From the NCBI GenBank assembly GCA_963702845.1, contig OY969763.1:4544001-4608000 (forward strand): 64,000 bases of DNA, written 5' to 3'. The DNA comes from an uncultured Verrucomicrobiae bacterium (GTDB lineage: Bacteria > Verrucomicrobiota > Verrucomicrobiia > Limisphaerales > Palsa-1400). The notes under the pieces are model-generated. The model searched no databases and was not told the DNA's origin. It saw only the letters and a list, made by a program, of their open reading frames with translations. This document shows positions 61,587 to 64,000 of the stretch, piece by piece (position 1 is the first letter of the stretch; every line of letters begins with the position of its first letter). The position numbers and the translations under genes are program-made.

Positions 61587-62867
61587 ATGAACTCAGCGCT
61601 TAAGGTTTTCTATCTCTGTTGCGCCCTGACTTCCGCGGCGCACGGAGCTTCAAAGCTCGATTATTCGGACGTCAGCAAGCCGGAATTCTTTCCGATCATG
61701 ACGTGGGATCCGCAGCATGGATGGACGAAGCCGTTCACGAACAACCCGGCCAATGGCTTGGACGCAATCGCCGAATGCAATTTCAACGTCGCCGGTTTTG
61801 TTTTTCCAAAGGACCTCCCAAAATGCAAAAAGCTGGGACTCGGCGGCATCCTGCTGCCGTCTGATAATGATTTCACCAATTTCGAGTATTTCCGGAACTG
61901 GTCGAAAATGTCGGACGCGGAGATCGATGGGCGCATCAAAAAACTGGTGCATCAGGCTGGATCAAACCCAGCGTTCAAAGGAATCTTCATCGTCGATGAA
62001 CCTCACGTGCGCGAGTTTGGTGGTTTAGCCAAGGCGGTCGCCGCAGTGAAGAAATACGCGCCCGGCAAGCTCGCTTATATCAATCTGTTTCCCGATTACG
62101 CGACGTTAGGCGCACCGGATCGTTCGCAACTCGGGACTGAGAGCTACTCGGAATATCTCGAACGCTTCGTCAATGAAGTTCATCCGCAGGTCATCAGCTA
62201 TGATAATTATATGGTGGAGTTTTCGAATGACCTGAAAGACTCCGCGGCAGCGGCCAGCTATTATCGCAATCTCCTCGAGGTGCGACGCGTTGGGCAGAAG
62301 TATCACCTGCCGTTCATGAATATCGTTACATCGAACCAGATCCGGCCAAATACGACGATTCCCTCGCCACAGAATCTTTTGTTTCAGGCTTACACCACGC
62401 TTGCGGCCGGTTATCGCGGCGTGACGTGGTACACTTTCTACGCACGCGGTTATCACTATGCGCCGATCGGGAACGACGGAAACCGAACCCTCACTTACGA
62501 ATACCTGAAAGAAGTGAATCGGCAGGTTGCAACGCTTGCGCCGATTTTGTGCCGCTTGGATTCGACCGGAGTTTTCTTCACCAAACCCGCACCTGTTGAT
62601 ACGTTGCCATCGCTGCCGGGCAAAGTAATCGATTCGATTTCCTCACCGACGCCAGTGATGATTGGCGAGTTTAAGGGAGCAAGTGGCGAATCGTATGCAA
62701 TGGTTGTAAATCTCAGTATCGGAAATACAGCGCAATTGAAGATCAAAGCAATTGACGGAAAGAGTTTCTCCCTGATTTCCGCATCCGATCAATCGACGTC
62801 CAATTACGACAAGGAAAACGGGCTGTTCCTCAACGCCGGTCAAGGAATGTTGCTTAAAATCGATTAG
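61587..62867 (+). CDS. Secreted hypothetical protein, probable glycoside hydrolase-like TIM barrel
   Basis: Signal peptide ending AHG-A; VDEP, YINLFP, ISYDNY, QAYTTLAAGYRGV.WY. Confidence 0.7.
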   Translation: MNSALKVFYLCCALTSAAHGASKLDYSDVSKPEFFPIMTWDPQHGWTKPFTNNPANGLDAIAECNFNVAGFVFPKDLPKCKKLGLGGILLPSDNDFTNFEYFRNWSKMSDAEIDGRIKKLVHQAGSNPAFKGIFIVDEPHVREFGGLAKAVAAVKKYAPGKLAYINLFPDYATLGAPDRSQLGTESYSEYLERFVNEVHPQVISYDNYMVEFSNDLKDSAAAASYYRNLLEVRRVGQKYHLPFMNIVTSNQIRPNTTIPSPQNLLFQAYTTLAAGYRGVTWYTFYARGYHYAPIGNDGNRTLTYEYLKEVNRQVATLAPILCRLDSTGVFFTKPAPVDTLPSLPGKVIDSISSPTPVMIGEFKGASGESYAMVVNLSIGNTAQLKIKAIDGKSFSLISASDQSTSNYDKENGLFLNAGQGMLLKID

Positions 62868-62870
62868 ACG

Positions 62871-63948
62871 TTACTGCAACGCGCCGCTGCCTTCGATTGG
62901 CCAGCGGTCGATCACCTTGCCGCCACGATGTGCAATGAACTCGCGATATAAGTTGCTGGTTGTGCAACCGTGGGAAGGAATGATTTCGATGCGATCGCCT
63001 ACACGAACCTTTTCACCCGCGTTTTCCGGCAATTGAATCGTGCCGTGCTCTTCGGAATTGAGGCTAAGAATTTTTGAGTCCGGAATGGTTTTTACGCGCG
63101 GCGGGCCCCACTCCGCACCGCAGCCTTTGCGACCCACATCGATGATCGCGATATTCGGTCGCGGACGGCTGATGACGGTTGTTAAAATTGACATGGCCTG
63201 GCGAAACTCCGGACAAATGTCTGTATACCACCAGTCCATCAACGCGTAAGAACCGGCCTGGACTTCATCGATTCCGTCCACATCACCGTGGATGTCGTAA
63301 GAGCCAGTGCCGCCACCGCTGACGATATTCACCTGAACTCCGGATTTTTCGAGCAACCGACGCGTATCAACGAGCAACTTCACCGCGGCGCGGATTTTTT
63401 CAGTGCGCTCCTTTTCGTCACGTAGATCAACGGCGTGACCTTCGTAACCTTGCAGGCCCATGAATTTGATACCGGGCAAAGTTAAAGCACTTTGAGTAAG
63501 GTCCAGCGCCGATTGTCCCGGCGCAACACCGCATCGACCCATTCCAACATCGACTTCGATCAACACGTTGATTCTGCTGCCGGCCTTCGACGCAAGGTCC
63601 GAAATCATTTGTAAGTTGTCGATCGAATCCCCAGCAACAATAGGGTTTGCGCGTTTCGAAAGATCGATCAGCCGATCGATTTTGAGAGGGCCGACAACTT
63701 GATTGGCAATGAGGATGTCTGCGATGCCGGCTTTGGCCAGAACTTCAGCTTCGCCGAGTTTCGCGCAAGTGATACCCACAGCGCCTGCCTCGATCTGCTT
63801 CTTCGCAATCGTAGGTACACTTGTGGCTTTTGAAGTGTGGGCGCAACTTGGCATGGCGCTTCGCGAAATAACCGGACATGAGGCTGATGTTGGCGTCCAA
63901 GGCGTCCACATCGACGAGCAGTGATGGAGTGTCGAGATTGGTTAACAC
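62871..63948 (-). CDS. D-threonine aldolase / DSD1-type fold III PLP enzyme (one extra base near 63816)
   Basis: LDTPSLLVD and LRPHFKSHKC join PTIAKKQIEAGAVG across the shift; GMGRCGV, GYEGH, SGGGTG, SEEHG, PSHGCTT. Confidence 0.9.
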
Positions 63949-64000
63949 AGGACGAACATAGATTTAACTGCCGGAGCTTGAAAGAGGTTTCGAACTGGCG

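Overview
Bacterial chromosomal window, most likely from a Verrucomicrobiota genome of the Pedosphaera/Limisphaerales type. This is inferred from the ECF sigma factor with a C-terminal extension, the delta-60/Ig surface protein, the DUF1080 protein and the repeat content. Most of the window is housekeeping: argG, hslR, an mreBCD-mrdA-rodA-rne/rng operon, mfd, pyrF, nagB, gap, rsmD and glgC. It also holds two large secreted multidomain proteins and a Phd/Doc-like toxin-antitoxin pair. An accessory block at about 12.7-19.5 kb is bracketed by a ~52-bp inverted repeat and contains an IS481-family element, several frameshifted genes and a REP-associated tyrosine transposase (RAYT) flanked by duplicated REP doublets. 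Most notable observations: (1) an ECF sigma factor followed by an apparent orphan alternative C-terminal sensor module; (2) REP and heptamer repeats translated in frame inside mfd and mreC; (3) two small ORFs behind sigma54-like promoters; (4) a shared C-terminal domain on the two large secreted proteins; (5) a Doc toxin with Gln in place of the catalytic His. Several conserved genes (mreB, pyrF, the nucleoside permease and a PLP enzyme) carry single-base frameshifts, probably assembly errors. I recognised no rRNA, tRNA or CRISPR array. All family calls come from motif recognition by eye; no searches were run.
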